A DNA stretch of 64,000 nucleotides, taken from NCBI GenBank assembly GCA_964629815.1, contig CAZVTA010000003.1, positions 112,721 through 176,720 on the forward strand, written 5' to 3'. This document shows positions 24,068 through 36,914 of this stretch, piece by piece. The position numbers and the translations under genes were made by a program. The notes beneath the pieces were generated by a model. That model worked only from the letters and a program-made list of their open reading frames with translations. It ran no database searches and was not told where the DNA came from. Position 1 is the first letter of the stretch. Every line of letters starts with the position of its first letter. Source of the DNA: an uncultured Candidatus Saccharibacteria bacterium. Its GTDB lineage: Bacteria > Patescibacteriota > Saccharimonadia > Saccharimonadales > AWTP1-31.

Positions 24068-24357
24068 ACAATATCCTTTCAAATAAAAACGCCCCGTTGT
24101 CGGAGCGATGAAAGGCATTATTTTGTTATATTTTAGACACTACAAGCATCGCTCCCGTATATACGAGCGCGTCGAGTCTGAATAAATGTGCCTAGATAGT
24201 ACATAACATTATTAAACACTAACGTATTATAGTAGTCAAATATTTTTTGTATGCGCGCTACAAAATTTTCATACATTTAGCCTGTATATGGTGAAATCGT
24301 AAAAGACGCGCTACAATAGGTAACTATTACATAACTAATACAAGAAGGAGCACGTAT

Positions 24358-24549
24358 ATGGTCACAGGATACTGCGTTAAATGTAAAGAAAAAGGTGTAG
24401 AGCTAACAGATGCAGAAGTAGTACAAACTGCAAAAGGTGGCTACATGGCCAAAGGCAAGCACGCTGTATGCGGAACCACCGTTTGCGCCATGATGTCGAA
24501 AGAAAATGCCGAAAAGGCAGTAGAAGGCGGCGCCAAGAAGTCTTACTAA
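24358..24549 (+). CDS. Small zinc-ribbon protein (DUF5679-like)
   Basis: 63 aa; GYCVKCKEK...VCGTTVC pattern; AAGGAG SD; terminator at 24573-24600. Confidence 0.5.
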   Translation: MVTGYCVKCKEKGVELTDAEVVQTAKGGYMAKGKHAVCGTTVCAMMSKENAEKAVEGGAKKSY

Positions 24550-24572
24550 AATATTTTGTAGGATTATACAAA

Positions 24573-24600
24573 ACACCCCGCCTGGGGTGTTTTTAGTTTT
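24573..24600 (+). terminator. Intrinsic terminator
   Basis: ACACCCC-GCCT-GGGGTGT followed by TTTTAGTTTT. Confidence 0.75.
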
Positions 24601-24655
24601 TCATTTCAATGGTTCGTCTATTATATAAATATTTCAGGTATGCTATAGTGGACGC

Positions 24656-25369
24656 ATGATTCAAGACAGAGTAGTGGTGCCAGAAGCAGCAATTGCTGAT
24701 TTAACCGCCGTGGGTTTCCCGCTACTAGAAGGTGTAGAAGGCGATGAGCTCGTAAAAATTACAAATGCTCCGTGTGGCATGGAAGGATATGTAAAGGCAG
24801 AACACTTCATGCCACGTGCGTACGATTTGTATAACCCTTATCGGGCGACAAGACAAAGCACATTAGAATTTACACGAGGCGTGCACTTTAATGCGGTTGT
24901 TGAGCGTTATCTTGGGCGAAATTCATTGAATTTCGCGGATGGTGTCATCGGTGAGCTTATGCTGCACGCCGCCATCAATAATTGTGCGAGTATTGCGGCA
25001 ACGGCAGTGCGTATTGTGCTAGACCAAGAGCCAGATGGGCACTTTGAAGCTGCGGTGTGGGATGATGGTATATCGCACGAAGGCGTACAAGAAGCAACAG
25101 AATATCTACACGAAGATGAGTTTGGAGATTTAGAGAACCCTCATTCAAAACCAATGGGTGAAACAGATGCGGTATTGGGCCCCATGGCTGTTCGCGCCGT
25201 TACAACGGTCACAGCATTGCTGGGCGGCGAACTGAGTCTTATGAGTGCAGGAACGAAAGTAACCGTTCGGCACGATAAAGCGGCTGGTACATATGATTTT
25301 ACCGACGGTAAATGCCCAGTTACATCTGGCAACGTAATTGCGATGAAATTTCCATCACAACGATGGTAG
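24656..25369 (+). CDS. Hypothetical protein with weak GHKL/anti-sigma-kinase-like motifs
   Basis: 237 aa. ELMLHAAINNCASIA (N-box-like), VWDDGIS (G1-like) and a Gly-rich region. Leaderless layout: TGCTATAGT, then 6 nt, then ATG. Confidence 0.4.
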   Translation: MIQDRVVVPEAAIADLTAVGFPLLEGVEGDELVKITNAPCGMEGYVKAEHFMPRAYDLYNPYRATRQSTLEFTRGVHFNAVVERYLGRNSLNFADGVIGELMLHAAINNCASIAATAVRIVLDQEPDGHFEAAVWDDGISHEGVQEATEYLHEDEFGDLENPHSKPMGETDAVLGPMAVRAVTTVTALLGGELSLMSAGTKVTVRHDKAAGTYDFTDGKCPVTSGNVIAMKFPSQRW

Positions 25370-25396
25370 TGTGCTCTTTTTTGATATGATGAGGGT

Positions 25397-26116
25397 ATGA
25401 TTGAGGTTACGAACGAGACATATAACGGGCACACAATTGCCGTGGCGCACCACAACACTCACTCTAAACAGCTTGTTATCTTTTGTCATGGATACAGAGG
25501 TTCATCTATTGGCCCTAGTCGTAATTTTGTACGGGTTGCACAGATGCTTGAAGAGGCGGGCATATCGAGCCTTCGCTTTGACCAGTATGGTAGCGGAAAC
25601 TCGGATGGTGATTTTTACGAATCAAGTTTTAATGACTGGATAGCGACAACAAGAGCTATTACAGAACAGCATCTCGCCAAAGGACACCAAGTTATTTTAT
25701 TTGGTCAAAGTATGGGAGCGGCAGCTGTTATCGCTGCTGGAGCCGATTTGCGTGACATTACTGCCGTAGTTGCATGGGTGCCGGATCCAAGCGTAGACGA
25801 TCTAATCTTGCCTAAAAGTGGGTTTATGGAAGAAGGTGGCCAACGTGTGCAATCGGCTTTCTGGAAAGAAGCTCATGAAGTGAACGTTGCAGATAAACTC
25901 GCAGGTCTGAAGGCAAACGCGCTTATTATTCAGTGTACAGGCGACGAATATGTAGATGCAGCAAATCGTGCCGCAATTGCTGCAAGCGCGCAGCCTAATC
26001 ACAGCGTGCTTGATTTTGAAGGTTATACGCATAGTAGCTGGACGTATGATCAGGCCGAACCCGTATTGCAGAAAAGCGTGGACTTTATTGTTCGATCGTT
26101 TAGACAGAGCTCATAG
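25397..26116 (+). CDS. Alpha/beta hydrolase
   Basis: 239 aa; nucleophile elbow GQSMGAA; C-terminal His region. Confidence 0.75.
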   Translation: MIEVTNETYNGHTIAVAHHNTHSKQLVIFCHGYRGSSIGPSRNFVRVAQMLEEAGISSLRFDQYGSGNSDGDFYESSFNDWIATTRAITEQHLAKGHQVILFGQSMGAAAVIAAGADLRDITAVVAWVPDPSVDDLILPKSGFMEEGGQRVQSAFWKEAHEVNVADKLAGLKANALIIQCTGDEYVDAANRAAIAASAQPNHSVLDFEGYTHSSWTYDQAEPVLQKSVDFIVRSFRQSS

Positions 26117-26158
26117 TTTCCCCGTCAAATCGGTGTCTGAATCTGATATCATAAGCCC

Positions 26159-26722
26159 ATGGATACATTTCTTGGTGGCGCGGCAGTCGTTGTAGGCTTT
26201 ATTGGGTATGTTCCGTACTTTACGACTATATTAAGTGGAAAAACAAAACCCCATGCTTTTACTTGGTTTGTGTGGGGTTTACTGACTGCAATTGCATTCG
26301 GTGGCCAGATTGTAGGCGGAGGTGGCGCTGGTACTTGGGTGACGGGTTTTACTGCGATAATTAGCTTTGTTATTTTTGGACTGGCGCTTTTTAGGGGTAA
26401 ACGTGATTTTCCGCTTGCAGATTGGCTGTGTCTTAGTGGCTGTCTTTTGGCGTTATTAGTGTGGTTTCTAACCGATAGTCCTTTAGGCGCAATTGTGCTC
26501 ATAACGCTTATAGATTTGCTGGCGTTTGTTCCGACGTTTCGTAAAACATATCGTTCCCCAGAGAGCGAGCCGGCTGCAACCTATGTGCTGAGCGCTATAA
26601 AATTTGTCTTTGGTATAGCGGCGTTACAAAGTTTTTCGGTCCTGACGGTTCTGTATCCAGCTTCGCTTGTGCTGACTAATGGGTTGTTTGTAGTAATGCT
26701 TCTGGTTCGAAGAAGCAATTAA
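26159..26722 (+). CDS. Multi-pass membrane protein
   Basis: 187 aa, about 6 TM; TGATATCAT box 6 nt before the ATG. Confidence 0.5.
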   Translation: MDTFLGGAAVVVGFIGYVPYFTTILSGKTKPHAFTWFVWGLLTAIAFGGQIVGGGGAGTWVTGFTAIISFVIFGLALFRGKRDFPLADWLCLSGCLLALLVWFLTDSPLGAIVLITLIDLLAFVPTFRKTYRSPESEPAATYVLSAIKFVFGIAALQSFSVLTVLYPASLVLTNGLFVVMLLVRRSN

Positions 26723-26841
26723 GCCCTAAAGAGGCAATGAAGTAGTATGAAGTTCGAGATACATTTTGCGGGCAATTAATAAAACCGTAGGCGAAGAGGT
26801 TGTGGTGGCAATAAAAGAGCGCTTCGAATAACTTGGTTGGC

Positions 26842-27360
26842 TTAGTGTTTGATAAGGCGGGGAATTCGGAACGGGCTGACGTACAAAAAAGCCAGAATAG
26901 CAATACAAACCGCCATAGTTTGCGTAGACATGTCGGTAATAAAGAGTGCGATCATTAAAATCGTGCTCGCGTCTATGGGTACGCCAATAAAGTAGTTTTT
27001 GGTCTTTTTCCGATTAATATTGTAACGCGCTAAACGTAGTGCGCCACAGATTGGTATCAGTGCAGCGAGTGCAGTTAGCCAATCGGTTTGATAGTAGCTC
27101 ATAATAATGATAAATGGTGTTGCACCAAAACTGACGAGGTCTGCGAGCGAATCGAGTTCGGCGCCGAAGTCGGATTCTTGGCCAAGGTAGCTGGCTAGTT
27201 TGCCGTCGAGAATATCAAAGAGCATTCCGATTAACAAGGCAATAACCGCAGCAGTAAAGCGACCATGGATTGCGGCGTACATGCTGCCCAGCCCAGCTGC
27301 TAAGTTGGCGATAGTTGCGATGTTTGCAGGCTTAAAACCTCTAAGAATTGATTTGTGCAA
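26842..27360 (-). CDS. pssA: CDP-diacylglycerol--serine O-phosphatidyltransferase
   Basis: CDP-alcohol phosphatidyltransferase motif DILDGKLA..GAELDSLADLVSFG. Confidence 0.8.
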   Translation of the reverse strand: MHKSILRGFKPANIATIANLAAGLGSMYAAIHGRFTAAVIALLIGMLFDILDGKLASYLGQESDFGAELDSLADLVSFGATPFIIIMSYYQTDWLTALAALIPICGALRLARYNINRKKTKNYFIGVPIDASTILMIALFITDMSTQTMAVCIAILAFLYVSPFRIPRLIKH

Positions 27361-27964
27361 TGATTGTTTCTCCGGCTATTACTTTTTGGCCGACTGTTAC
27401 TTTAAGCATAACAGATTTGGGCACAACGAGTGTAACTTGCGAGCCAAGATTAATAAGGCCGACAATCTGACCAGTATTGACCGCTTCCTTTACTTTTACA
27501 AATGTCTCGATTCGGCGCGCTAAGAATCCGGCAATTTGGATCATTTTGACCTTAACGTACTTACCAGCAATAACAATTTCGGTTTTTTCGTTTACTAACC
27601 CTGCTTCGAGCGAATTTACTGGTAGGAGCTTACCATCTGAATGGTTAATGCTGGTAATAGTGCCTGCTATTGGAGCTCGGTTGTAGTGTACGTCGAGTGG
27701 TGACATAAATATCGACACGATGTAACCAGAAGGTGCTACGTCGTTGGTGAGTGTAGATATTTTTCCAAGAATCCTGTGATTTCCCTTAAACATGTCGGCA
27801 TGGTTTTGTGTAAAGGGAACGATAGCAATAACTTTGCCATCTGCAGGTGAAACCACAACGTTGCCTTCGGGGATGGTGCGTTCTGGGTTGCGCAAGAAAA
27901 CAAGTTTCCAAAACAGCAAACCCACCAAAGCAATGGCAAGAAATAGAAGGGCAAGTAGGATCAT
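27341..27964 (-). CDS. psd: Phosphatidylserine decarboxylase proenzyme (short type)
   Basis: 207 aa; N-terminal TM; LGS self-cleavage site (INLGSQVTLV); overlaps pssA. Confidence 0.8.
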   Translation of the reverse strand: MILLALLFLAIALVGLLFWKLVFLRNPERTIPEGNVVVSPADGKVIAIVPFTQNHADMFKGNHRILGKISTLTNDVAPSGYIVSIFMSPLDVHYNRAPIAGTITSINHSDGKLLPVNSLEAGLVNEKTEIVIAGKYVKVKMIQIAGFLARRIETFVKVKEAVNTGQIVGLINLGSQVTLVVPKSVMLKVTVGQKVIAGETIIAQINS

Positions 27965-28041
27965 GATAAATGTAACTATACACGATTAAACACAAGCAGA
28001 AAAACATAGACAAAAAGCAATAAATATGTTAAAATAAATAC

Positions 28042-28512
28042 ATGCGTGGTGATTTAGAAATAGCGTTTTTTGAACGCAATTTTGGTGGGTATTCGGACGA
28101 AACCCAAGCTGTACTGCTTGAAGCACGTCAGGGTATGACGCCATTTGAAATTGCAAGCAAACGTCAGTCTATGAAAGCTAGTGCACGGCACGAGCGTATT
28201 TTGTTTGCTTTGAATTCACTCAGCCAGCGGACTCCTTGGCGAGTGCTGCGGGAAGCTGCTGTTATACCCGAGCGGTTTTCTATTGTCGACAAAGACTTAC
28301 TCATGAAAGACGTACAGATTATAGAAGGTACGTATCGTGCAGATTTGTATAGAGCCGACCTAGATGAGCACATAGCTCGCGAAGACAGATTTGCTCGTTC
28401 TGCACGGGCAATCTTAGAGATTTCAGGCCCTTTACTACCGGTGGATGGTCAGTATATTCAGACTTATGCAGTAAGTGAGCACGGCAAAAGAGTATTGACA
28501 CAAACTAATTAA
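28042..28512 (+). CDS. Hypothetical protein
   Basis: 156 aa; TAAAAT box 6 nt before the ATG. Confidence 0.5.
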   Translation: MRGDLEIAFFERNFGGYSDETQAVLLEARQGMTPFEIASKRQSMKASARHERILFALNSLSQRTPWRVLREAAVIPERFSIVDKDLLMKDVQIIEGTYRADLYRADLDEHIAREDRFARSARAILEISGPLLPVDGQYIQTYAVSEHGKRVLTQTN

Positions 28513-28549
28513 ACTGTTAATGTATAATCTTTGTGTTTAAGAAAATAGT

Positions 28550-28774
28550 ATGATTGAACGAGAACCAACTCCTAGCTTTGAATCTGTTCCACGCCCAGTG
28601 CGTGTCTTTATGGCTATTGGCGACAGGGCGCTTAATTTGCTCGATCGTGTACAGAAGAATCCTGGTCCGGTGGAAAATTTAGAGGAAATTAGCGCACGGC
28701 ACGATGCCATGGTGGCAGACGTCGATGCCATGCTTGCTCGTATAGCCGAAGCTCTCCCGACAGAAGACTGTTAG
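28550..28774 (+). CDS. Hypothetical small protein
   Basis: 74-aa ORF. Confidence 0.4.
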   Translation: MIEREPTPSFESVPRPVRVFMAIGDRALNLLDRVQKNPGPVENLEEISARHDAMVADVDAMLARIAEALPTEDC

Positions 28775-28815
28775 TTTGACCACTTTTTTGCTAGTATAGA
28801 AGAGTTCTTTTTACT

Positions 28816-28889
28816 GGCGCCTTGGCGGAGTGGTTACGCAGCGGTCTGCAAAACCGCGTACACCGGTTCAAATCCGGTAGGTGCCTCCA
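28816..28889 (+). tRNA. tRNA-Cys(GCA)
   Basis: GGCGCCT..GCGGT-CTGCAAA-ACCGC..CCGGT-TCAAATC-CGG..GTGCC-TCCA; 74 nt. Confidence 0.9.
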
Positions 28890-28901
28890 AATCGTTTACT
28901 C

Positions 28902-28989
28902 GGGCGAGTGGCGGAATTGGTATACGCGGCGGACTTAAAATCCGCTGGTCTAAACAACCTTGAGGGTTCAAGTCCCTCCTCGCCCACCA
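28902..28989 (+). tRNA. tRNA-Leu(TAA), type II
   Basis: GGGCGAG..GCGGA-CTTAAAA-TCCGC..GAGGG-TTCAAGT-CCCTC-CTCGCCC-ACCA; 88 nt. Confidence 0.9.
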
Positions 28990-28993
28990 CGAT

Positions 28994-29024
28994 GAAACTT
29001 CGGTATTCTACCGAAGTTTTTTTC
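28994..29024 (+). terminator. Intrinsic terminator after the tRNA pair
   Basis: AAACTTCGGT-ATTCTA-CCGAAGTTT followed by TTTT. Confidence 0.8.
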
Positions 29025-29086
29025 ATGAAATTCTCAGCCAAAATGCTATACTAGTAGTACAACTAATAGGTAGGAGTTACGAACAA

Positions 29087-29641
29087 ATGATGATTGCGTT
29101 AATTATCGTAGGGGTGTTGGTGCTGGGGCTTATTGTTATTTATAACGGTTTGGTGCGCGCAAACGTACGTGTAGATGAAGCATGGAGCGACATTACGGTT
29201 CAGTTGAAGCGTCGAGCCGATCTGATACCTAACCTTATCGAAACGGTTAAGGGTTACGCCAAGCACGAAAAAGAAGTATTCGAGAATGTTACCAAAGCAC
29301 GTTCTGCTATTTTGGGTGCAAAAACGGTAGACGAAACCGCCAAAGCTGACAATATGTTTACCGACGCCCTGAAGAGTGTGTTTGCAGTGGCGGAAAATTA
29401 CCCGCAACTAAAAGCTAATGAAAACTTCGCTCAGTTACAGGCTGACTTAACAGACACTGAAGATAAAATCCAAGCGTCACGACGATTTTATAACGGTTCT
29501 GCACGAGATTTGAATATTAAGATTCAAACTTTCCCTACAAACATCTTTGCAGGTATGCTGGGCTTCAAAAAGCGCGAATTCTTTGAGCTCGACGAAGCGG
29601 AAGCTGCTAAAGCAGCGAAAGCTCCAGAAGTTAAGTTCTAG
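29087..29641 (+). CDS. LemA family protein
   Basis: 184 aa; N-terminal TM; [37 protein letters not shown] pattern. Confidence 0.85.
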   Translation: MMIALIIVGVLVLGLIVIYNGLVRANVRVDEAWSDITVQLKRRADLIPNLIETVKGYAKHEKEVFENVTKARSAILGAKTVDETAKADNMFTDALKSVFAVAENYPQLKANENFAQLQADLTDTEDKIQASRRFYNGSARDLNIKIQTFPTNIFAGMLGFKKREFFELDEAEAAKAAKAPEVKF

Positions 29642-29655
29642 TTAGCAGGCTGGCT

Positions 29656-30114
29656 GTGAAGGTATCGATTAACGGTGAGTACGATTTTGAAGCGACGCCT
29701 GTAGAGCCGAGTGTGCTTGAACAGGCCTTCGATGTGCTAAAACCATACGACGACGGGTTGCGCCGTACGGTTGAAGCCTATGGCAATCGTATTATGCATT
29801 TCGTCATGGGACGCACTACTAATGCGCTAATGGTACAGATGCTTCTCGACAATTATCATCAGTCGGGAGTTGACGAAGAAGGGCAACCACTGCACGAGGC
29901 AGGCCATATTGAAATAGCAACGTTGACTCATACATACGGCATTGACGAAGACTTTCAGGAGCTTGTGGTTGTACGCACCCCAGGTATAGTGCCCGATGTA
30001 GTCATTAACGATGTTCATCAAATATTACCATCAATGCTGCGCCTAACACTGCAGCGTCAGGAATATCTTGATAAATTGTTTGGTAGCAAGCAAGGAATAC
30101 CTGCCCATGTATGA
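29656..30114 (+). CDS. Hypothetical protein
   Basis: 152 aa; GTG start; 8-nt overlap with htpX. Confidence 0.45.
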   Translation: MKVSINGEYDFEATPVEPSVLEQAFDVLKPYDDGLRRTVEAYGNRIMHFVMGRTTNALMVQMLLDNYHQSGVDEEGQPLHEAGHIEIATLTHTYGIDEDFQELVVVRTPGIVPDVVINDVHQILPSMLRLTLQRQEYLDKLFGSKQGIPAHV

Positions 30115-30991
30115 CCAGATAGCTGCGAATAAACGTAAAAGTGCACTCATTATGGCCTTGTTTGTTGGTTTTGCTGCAGCAATAGCCTACATTGCTGCAG
30201 TATTTGTTGGTGGCGACACGAGCTATGCGCCGTTTGCGATTGTTGCGTCGTTTGTATACGTATTGTTCAGCTATTTTGCTGGATCCAAAATGGCACTCGC
30301 ACTTAATGGAGCGCGTGAGGTTACAAAACGCCAAGAGCCCCGTTTATATAAAACAGTCGAGAATTTGGCAATTACCGAAGGCATGCCTATGCCCAAGGTT
30401 TATGTTATAGACGATGCAGCACCCAATGCATTTGCATCTGGTCGTGATCCAAACCACGCGGTGGTGGGCGTGACGCGTGGGCTGATTGATATGATGGACG
30501 ACGCCGAGCTTGAAGGAGTAATGGCGCACGAACTAGGGCACGTCAAAAACTATGACATTCGCGTAAGCCTCATAGCTTTTGCGCTTGCGTCGGTGATTGG
30601 CATTATTAGCGACATGGTTATTCGCATGTGGTTTTGGGGTGGTGGGCGTGACGATGATGACGGACCAGCGAGTAACCCTGTTTTTATGGCAATTGGTGTG
30701 CTGGCTATAATTCTATCCCCCATTGTGGCATTGCTGGTTCAGATGGCTATTTCACGCCGCCGTGAATATTTGGCAGATGCGACTGGCGCACTTACTACAC
30801 GATACCCAGAAGGTTTAGCACGGGCGCTTGAAAAAATTGGCAAAAGTGGCTCGGTGCTCAAACGTCAGAATACCAGTACAGCGCACCTCTTTTTTGCAAA
30901 CCCTCTTAAAGGTAAAAGCATATCGAATATGTTTAGTACACACCCGCCCATTGAAGATAGAATTGCCAGATTAAACAAGATGGGGCGATAG
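30107..30991 (+). CDS. htpX: M48 zinc metalloprotease HtpX
   Basis: Start moved to MYDQIAANKRK. HELGHVKN (HExxH), TM segments, EYLADA downstream. Confidence 0.85.
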   Translation: MYDQIAANKRKSALIMALFVGFAAAIAYIAAVFVGGDTSYAPFAIVASFVYVLFSYFAGSKMALALNGAREVTKRQEPRLYKTVENLAITEGMPMPKVYVIDDAAPNAFASGRDPNHAVVGVTRGLIDMMDDAELEGVMAHELGHVKNYDIRVSLIAFALASVIGIISDMVIRMWFWGGGRDDDDGPASNPVFMAIGVLAIILSPIVALLVQMAISRRREYLADATGALTTRYPEGLARALEKIGKSGSVLKRQNTSTAHLFFANPLKGKSISNMFSTHPPIEDRIARLNKMGR

Positions 30992-30992
30992 C

Positions 30993-33913
<2,921 letters not shown>

Positions 33914-33928
33914 GAGTAAACTAGCACT

Positions 33929-34129
33929 ATGGAACAATTGCCTCCTGCTGAAAGAGAGCCACATACTCACATAAGAACGCAGCAAGAGCTGATTGATGGT
34001 ATAAATGACTTAATTGAAGAGTATACATCACGACCATTATTGGATGGTGAAGAAGTTAACCTGAATGCTGCGTACCGTTTACGACAGAAAATTACTGGTG
34101 AAGCCCCGCCAGACGACTGGGTTTATTGA
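33929..34129 (+). CDS. Hypothetical small acidic protein
   Basis: 66 aa; TAAACT box 6 nt before the ATG. Confidence 0.4.
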   Translation: MEQLPPAEREPHTHIRTQQELIDGINDLIEEYTSRPLLDGEEVNLNAAYRLRQKITGEAPPDDWVY

Positions 34130-34133
34130 TAAT

Positions 34134-34517
34134 TTACTGAAGTGTGCCAATCTTTAGGTTTGCTAGCATGTTATAGGCTTTGTTTGGGTGTCCATTGCGT
34201 CCCCCTTGTGTCTTGAATGCGTTTGTAGCATCTTGGCCGCACATACTCACAATCTCTTGTGCTCCCCCGGGATGTTTGTTGATGTATTTGGTGACGTCGT
34301 ACACCGATCCGTCAATAATGAGCCAACAGTCATTTTCTGAGGCGTGTTCTGCGACCTGTTGTGGAGTATATGTGCTCGTAGTTGATGATTGCTTTGTGCT
34401 TGTTGATGTGGAAATAGTCGAATTTGAAGAAGAATTGTCACTGGACGTATTTATTAGTAGAAATAGACCACTTCCTAAGCCAAGAATTACAATTAGAGTA
34501 ATAATTATTTTTTTCAT
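34134..34517 (-). CDS. Cytochrome b5-like heme-binding domain protein, membrane anchored
   Basis: Start moved to MKKIIITLIVILGLG. S/T-rich linker. ENDCWLIIDGSVYDVTKYINKHPGG. Confidence 0.7.
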   Translation of the reverse strand: MKKIIITLIVILGLGSGLFLLINTSSDNSSSNSTISTSTSTKQSSTTSTYTPQQVAEHASENDCWLIIDGSVYDVTKYINKHPGGAQEIVSMCGQDATNAFKTQGGRNGHPNKAYNMLANLKIGTLQ

Positions 34518-34717
34518 ACCGATATAGTATGTCAGCAATACTGAGAATTTGCCAAGAGCTTGCAAATCAAGCACAAGCGTTGTATATATAAAGTAATCGT
34601 GCGCTTCAAGCGGCGCGTCCCAAAACAAACATTTGTGAAACAAACATCACCCGCCGCAGGGTGGGCGCGCACGAAAAAACCGGCTTATAGCCGGTTTTAA
34701 TTTGCGGTTACGTGCGT

Positions 34718-35026
34718 TTACTCGCCGTATACTTCGAGGCGACGACGTGCATCGTATATAGTAAGCCCTCCAAGGGTGGCAGCGAAACCGCCGCCTGCTA
34801 TACCACCAATAACTTTTGCGATTGCTTCGGGTCGAGAATCTGTATTTGCATCAGAGAACCATGCTTCGGTAACGCCAATTGCAAAGCCTGCGCCTCCTAG
34901 GGCTGCCATAAGCAGTCCGGCGCTTAGTTGTTTACGGAGTGTACTGATTCTGTAATCATGTTGCACATCTGCAGCAAGACGTTGCTCTTGTGTATTGGGG
35001 TCAAATGGGTTGGATTCGTTGGTCAT
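34718..35026 (-). CDS. Hypothetical Gly-rich membrane protein
   Basis: Start moved to MTNESNPFD so it does not overlap tRNA-Ala. Terminator ACCGGCT-TAT-AGCCGGT at about 34678-34700. Confidence 0.5.
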   Translation of the reverse strand: MTNESNPFDPNTQEQRLAADVQHDYRISTLRKQLSAGLLMAALGGAGFAIGVTEAWFSDANTDSRPEAIAKVIGGIAGGGFAATLGGLTIYDARRRLEVYGE

Positions 35027-35061
35027 AACAAAATAGTAACACAAAAATAGTGAAAAAGCAA

Positions 35062-35138
35062 TGGTGGAGCTACGGGGACTCAAACCCCGGACCTCAGCGC
35101 TGCCAGCGCTGCGCTCTAATCAACTGAGCTATAGCCCC
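35062..35138 (-). tRNA. tRNA-Ala(GGC), G3:U70 present
   Basis: GGGGCTA..CAGCG-CTGGCAG-CGCTG..CGGGG-TTTGAGT-CCCCG-TAGCTCC-ACCA; 77 nt. Confidence 0.95.
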
Positions 35139-35217
35139 ATTACAATAAAACAGATGTATTTTACGGCAAAAATCGTCTTTTGTCACGATTACACACCGGG
35201 GCTGTTACAATATGGTT

Positions 35218-36120
35218 ATGTCAATACATCAAACACTTACACCTGAAGAAACCAAAACAACAAATACATTTCGAACAATCTTACTCGTCTTAGTGCTCGG
35301 GTTGGTAATAGGAGTTGTCCTTATCTGGCAGACGGTTTATACCTCGGCCGAGAATGTATTTTGGGGTATGATACGCAATAATCTGTCTACTAACGGTGTT
35401 ACGCGTACGGTATCAAATGAATACCAGGGGCAAACATATGAGCAAGTGGCGCATGTTGGGTTTGGCTCCAATCCGTTTGCACATACCGTAGTGCAGATTA
35501 CTCAGCAGCAAAATGATACGAAAACGGATGTTATAACTGAGTCGATAGGTACACGGAACGCTGACTATAACCGGTACATAAAAATTGAAACAAACGAAAA
35601 GGGCAAGGATGGTCAAGTACTAAACACGAATCAGATTGTAGGTAAGTGGGGTAAAAATGAAGATGCAAGTACAGTTAGCGGATATGCACAGTCGGTACAA
35701 GGGCTTGTTGCATTTGCTAACTTGCCCACACAAGTGCGCAACGATGTTGTGAAGCGAATGCGTACCGACAATATTTATACGGTAGATTTTTCGACGGCGA
35801 AGCCACGCAAAGAAGGAAAAAAGGCTGCTTGGTCGTATCAAGTTGAAGTTGACGTGTATAAATTTCTGCAGGTTTTGCAATTAGTGAGTCAGTATAATGA
35901 CTTAAACAAAGAGGCTGCAATTAATCCCGATGACTACAAAGACCAAGGAAAGTTGCAAATGACCATGGTGGTCGACAAGGCGTCTCGTCAGTTGCTTTCG
36001 ATAGAACAGCAGGGTCAGACCCAAAAGTATAGTGGTTACGGATTAAGAAATACTATCGCACTACCTACGGATACAATCAGCCAACAAGAATTCGAATCTA
36101 AACTACAAACCCTTCAATAG
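35218..36120 (+). CDS. Hypothetical membrane-anchored extracytoplasmic protein
   Basis: Start taken at the second ATG, 6 nt after TACAAT (35206-35211). TM ILLVLVLGLVIGVVLIW. Confidence 0.55.
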   Translation: MSIHQTLTPEETKTTNTFRTILLVLVLGLVIGVVLIWQTVYTSAENVFWGMIRNNLSTNGVTRTVSNEYQGQTYEQVAHVGFGSNPFAHTVVQITQQQNDTKTDVITESIGTRNADYNRYIKIETNEKGKDGQVLNTNQIVGKWGKNEDASTVSGYAQSVQGLVAFANLPTQVRNDVVKRMRTDNIYTVDFSTAKPRKEGKKAAWSYQVEVDVYKFLQVLQLVSQYNDLNKEAAINPDDYKDQGKLQMTMVVDKASRQLLSIEQQGQTQKYSGYGLRNTIALPTDTISQQEFESKLQTLQ

Positions 36121-36158
36121 CACATGCAATAAAGACGCGGATATTCTATACTTCTTAT

Positions 36159-36914
36159 ATGCAGATTGTGGTAAATGGTCTCCTGACAACGTATACGACT
36201 GAGGGCACAGGTAAAAACAAAGTTGTTTTGCTTTTACATGGCTGGGGGGATACGCATAAGACATTTTTATCACTAGTTGAATACTTGAAGAATGAGTATA
36301 TGGTTGTAGCTCTTGACCTGCCAGGCTTTGGAGGTACTCAGGCGCCTCCTACAGCATGGACGCTTAGTGACTACGCGCGTTTCGTGCAGCAGTTTTGTAA
36401 AAAAATATCAGAGAGTCCGACGGTGCTTATAGGGCACTCTAACGGTGGCGCGATTGCACTGCGATCTATTTCAATGAGGCTGTTCCATGTAGATAAATTG
36501 ATACTCATTGCTTCCTCTGGAATTCGTGGTGAATATAAGGGAAGAAATAAAGTACTACGCATCATGACCAAGACAGGAAAACTTTTTACCATGCTGTTAC
36601 CCCTATCGGCCAAGCGAAGAATACGTCAAAAAGTATACAGCACCATTGGATCGGATATGCTTGTCGCCGAACATTTGCAAGAAACATTCAAGAATATTGT
36701 TTCAGACGATGTGCGCGATGATGCAAAGACGGTAAACTGTGCTACGCTGCTGATTTATGGCGATGAAGACCATGCAACACCTGTAGTTTGGGGCAGTAAA
36801 ATCCACGAATTAATTACAGGGTCTCGCATGGAAGTTATAAAGGGCTCGGGACATTTTGTTCATCATGATGCAGCAGAACAAGTAAATGGTTTAATAAAAG
36901 ATTTTATAGCATGA
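36159..36914 (+). CDS. Alpha/beta hydrolase
   Basis: 251 aa; HGWGD, GHSNGG nucleophile elbow, C-terminal GSGHFVHHD. Confidence 0.75.
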   Translation: MQIVVNGLLTTYTTEGTGKNKVVLLLHGWGDTHKTFLSLVEYLKNEYMVVALDLPGFGGTQAPPTAWTLSDYARFVQQFCKKISESPTVLIGHSNGGAIALRSISMRLFHVDKLILIASSGIRGEYKGRNKVLRIMTKTGKLFTMLLPLSAKRRIRQKVYSTIGSDMLVAEHLQETFKNIVSDDVRDDAKTVNCATLLIYGDEDHATPVVWGSKIHELITGSRMEVIKGSGHFVHHDAAEQVNGLIKDFIA